From Trypanosoma brucei (Eukaryota), in NCBI GenBank assembly GCA_000002445.1, contig CP000066.1:544001-608000 (forward strand): a stretch of DNA of 64,000 nt, in the 5' to 3' direction. The notes under the pieces are model-generated. The model ran no database searches. It was not told where the DNA came from and saw nothing but the letters and a program-made list of their open reading frames with translations. A program made the translations under genes and the position numbers. Below are positions 61,628-64,000 of this stretch, in pieces (position 1 is the stretch's first letter; every line of letters begins with the position of its first letter).

Positions 61628-62956
61628 ATGAAAATATTACGCGATGTTTACAGGCAAACCTTCCCAAAGAAATTGCGATTCGACAAGTCTTCCCGAATTC
61701 TTTACGCCCAGATATATGTGATAGCGAGGCGCCACAAGCATCGGAAATACATACCGAAGGAGGATATCGAAGACGTCCTTAACAATTACACAACGCTACC
61801 GGGATCCCCATGGTTACAGCTTCCGATAATCCGACATGTTTTGCTGATACGACAGATAAATGGGATCCGTGGCTTCTTTGGGAAACGCTCTTGGCTTCTC
61901 AACCGGGCTGTGGAAGAGGAGTTTAACAAAATTGTGCGGTGGATGAATGCGCAGGAGCAGTTAGTATTGAGGACGGGAGCGGGTAGATGCGCTGCAAATC
62001 TTGTGCTCCGAGAAAAGTTTGTAAAGGAGGTACTGGACGTTTTTCACGTAGCCACGGCTTACCAACGTATGGTGCGTGTTGGGGCCCTTTTGATTGTTAT
62101 ACTTTTACTTCTTCTTATCGTTATGGTAAATGTGGATCGTTTCGTGTACGTATACCTGGTACACTGGTCGGGCATGTGTCGCACGGAGGTGATGGAGTGG
62201 TTCCGTGAGATAACTGAGCAGCACGCCGTAGCGGAGGTGCCTCCGGCGTATCGAAGTTTGTTGCCACCTCCCTGTGTGATGCGTGTCGCTGAGGATGGCC
62301 GGGTAAAGTATGAATTAAAAATAGCTGAACTTGTTTCTAAGGATGAGAATATCATTGTTCTTGCGGTCCCCTGCCCACAGGTTGGGACAAAGTCGTTTTT
62401 TGCTGCACTGGGAAAGACGGTGGGGCTATGCGATGCTGTTCTCATGGAGGGGGTATCATTTGAGTATATTGATCGTATTGCCCCTGCATCCCTGTTTCCC
62501 CTGCGTGATGACACATTCCCCGCCCTTGGTGTGCATCATCGCTTTCTCGACATTCTTCGTGACTCGCGTGAGCCACCGTTTTTGTACCCTGCGGGCACAG
62601 AATTGAGCTGGTCGGCTTACTTGCAGCACCTTCTAATTCCATTTGAAGTCAAGTGTATTTATTGGCCCACATTCTCCTCTGCGTCAAAAGGGGAGGCGCG
62701 GGTGGGTTGGGGTCGATTGAGGGAGCTCATTGAAAAAGTAACTGTGGAACAAGAACGAGCACAATTAGGAGAGGATAAGAAAGAGCTGAAGCCGTATGTT
62801 ATTTGCTTACCGTGGACAGTGAACCAGATAGTTAATCTGGAGGCTAGCTTAGTTAAATTGGGGTTTCGCGTGAGAAGGGTGTTTCCATTGGAGTGGATCG
62901 ACCGCGACCACATGGGCGAGCATTTCTGTAATTATTACAGCCTTGTTGGGGAATGA
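61628..62956 (+). CDS. Hypothetical protein with one internal hydrophobic helix.
   Basis: The track ORF 61613..62956 starts at GTG and the first ATG is at 61628. Segment VGALLIVILLLLLIVMV is hydrophobic. I recognised no domain with confidence. Confidence 0.45.
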   Translation: MKILRDVYRQTFPKKLRFDKSSRILYAQIYVIARRHKHRKYIPKEDIEDVLNNYTTLPGSPWLQLPIIRHVLLIRQINGIRGFFGKRSWLLNRAVEEEFNKIVRWMNAQEQLVLRTGAGRCAANLVLREKFVKEVLDVFHVATAYQRMVRVGALLIVILLLLLIVMVNVDRFVYVYLVHWSGMCRTEVMEWFREITEQHAVAEVPPAYRSLLPPPCVMRVAEDGRVKYELKIAELVSKDENIIVLAVPCPQVGTKSFFAALGKTVGLCDAVLMEGVSFEYIDRIAPASLFPLRDDTFPALGVHHRFLDILRDSREPPFLYPAGTELSWSAYLQHLLIPFEVKCIYWPTFSSASKGEARVGWGRLRELIEKVTVEQERAQLGEDKKELKPYVICLPWTVNQIVNLEASLVKLGFRVRRVFPLEWIDRDHMGEHFCNYYSLVGE

Positions 62957-63467
62957 ATCACATCTAAACTTCTTTTTGTTAATAAGGGAAGGAAGCACAC
63001 CCTTCAAACGAGCAGAGGTCCCCGTGCATGTGTACGAGGTGCCGGTGCCGTTGTGTGCTTAGGTGTGTGTGTGTGTGTTTGAGGACATTTTTGAAGTTCT
63101 AAAGTGCGTCACTCACATCTCCCTCACTCCATTTTTGTGTTTGAATATGTTTTTTCAAACGGCTATGTTGTATTTTGTTTGTTGATTGTAGTGCATGGTC
63201 TTACCATAACCCTTTTGCCTTTAATGTTAGCCTTGTAGTGCAAAAGAATCATCGTCGGATGAGATTTGGAAAATAGAACAACAACTTCAACGTTTCTGTG
63301 GCGCTATAGTGTAGGGTCTCATGCTCAGCTTTCTTTCCCCCAAACGTGCTGGCGCCATCCGAGTTTGGCGCAATGGTGCGTTTTGTGTGGGACCCAACTA
63401 TATTTTCGCAGCTTCATGTTTTCTTTCCATTATCGCTGTGTCTACTGCTTCTATCGCGCTTAACAAT

Positions 63468-64000
63468 ATGCTGATGTTACGAATTTTGTGTGGTACCTCA
63501 GCCTTTCTGTCTCTAGGATTCATGTGGCTCTGCTCCACATCAGATCCGGGAATTTGCCCATGGCGTACTCGTGAGGAAATGGAGCGCGATACAAAGAATG
63601 GGGTGTCAAAAGGAAAGGATGCGGAACTCGTTACGTTTATTAATAAAAATGGTGAGGAAGAAAGCGCCTTGCTGCGTTGCAAATGGTGCTATACCTGTAA
63701 TCAGTTTCGGCCTCTACGTGCAGTTCACTGTAGTTACTGCGGCGTTTGCATCTTACGACGCGATCATCATTGTCCTTGGGTTGGTACATGCGTAGGGGAG
63801 CGCAACTACCGCTTCTATTGGTTCTTTTTGTGGTCTGTGACCTGCCTTTCCTTAACAGTTTTAGTCAGTGGGGTTTGGGGGATCGCAATTCGGGTTGCGC
63901 GACTCTGTGGCACCGTGTTCTGCACCGAGAAGAGCATGTTTGTTTCAGCATTTGGGGAAACGCACTACATTGAACCAACAATTTCATTAGTTGCTCTCAT
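63468..64000 (+). CDS. DHHC-type protein S-acyltransferase (palmitoyltransferase), 5' portion. The CDS runs off the window end.
   Basis: Manual translation from the ATG at 63468: MLMLRILCGTSAFLSLGFMWL...CKWCYTCNQFRPLRAVHCSYCGVCILRRDHHCPWVGTCVGERNYRFYWFFLWSV. This is the canonical DHHC cysteine-rich domain. There is no stop before 64000. The ORF track does not list it because it lacks an in-window stop. Confidence 0.8.
   Translation, partial: MLMLRILCGTSAFLSLGFMWLCSTSDPGICPWRTREEMERDTKNGVSKGKDAELVTFINKNGEEESALLRCKWCYTCNQFRPLRAVHCSYCGVCILRRDHHCPWVGTCVGERNYRFYWFFLWSVTCLSLTVLVSGVWGIAIRVARLCGTVFCTEKSMFVSAFGETHYIEPTISLVAL

Noticed and set aside
1-64000. Operon-like functional clustering (EFL1 with the Jjj1-like protein, Cet1 with Clp1, PACRG with the KKT-like protein) as a coherent system.
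   Set aside because: Trypanosomatid polycistrons are not functionally organised operons. The genes are in different blocks and tens of kb apart. I treat this as coincidence unless synteny and expression data say otherwise.

Overview
This window reads as trypanosomatid nuclear DNA, most likely Trypanosoma brucei-group and consistent with the chromosome-3 core near the succinyl-CoA synthetase alpha gene. It is intron-less, with densely packed genes in two directional (polycistronic) blocks. Every convincing gene from 1 to 41393 is on the minus strand, and every gene from 43858 to 64000 is on the plus strand. The two blocks diverge from a 2.4 kb strand-switch region at about 41.4-43.9 kb. That region carries GT-rich tracts on each outgoing strand and a G/C run, so it is the probable bidirectional RNA polymerase II start zone. 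Gene ends are marked by polypyrimidine tract + AG trans-splice acceptors, and simple-sequence repeats ((TA)n, (CA)n, (CCA)n, poly-T/poly-C) fill the intergenic regions.

The supplied ORF track has two artefacts. It uses GTG/TTG/CTG as start codons, so I re-trimmed several starts to the first ATG. It also omits ORFs that run off the window edge. I recovered two genes this way: a more than 1090-codon minus-strand gene covering 1..3281, and a DHHC palmitoyltransferase starting at 63468.

Recognisable products are aminopeptidase P, a bacterial-type cytidylate-kinase-like protein, an FCP1/NIF-type phosphatase, a RluA pseudouridine-synthase-domain protein, a SNF2-PHD ATPase, a PPTC7-like PP2C, a Rieske-FNR fusion oxidoreductase, the EFL1/Ria1 GTPase, a Cet1-type RNA triphosphatase, a KIF-binding-protein homologue, eIF3j, succinyl-CoA ligase alpha, a BRO1-like protein, a Clp1-like protein with a degenerate P-loop, Vps33-like SM protein, a Jjj1/DNAJC21-like J-protein, Zim17/Hep1, PACRG, CSN2, a probable SYCP2-like kinetochore protein (KKT17-type architecture), and a RING peroxin.

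I found no prokaryotic-style defence or mobile system. The noteworthy points are re-annotations, unusual domain fusions and the strand-switch region architecture.
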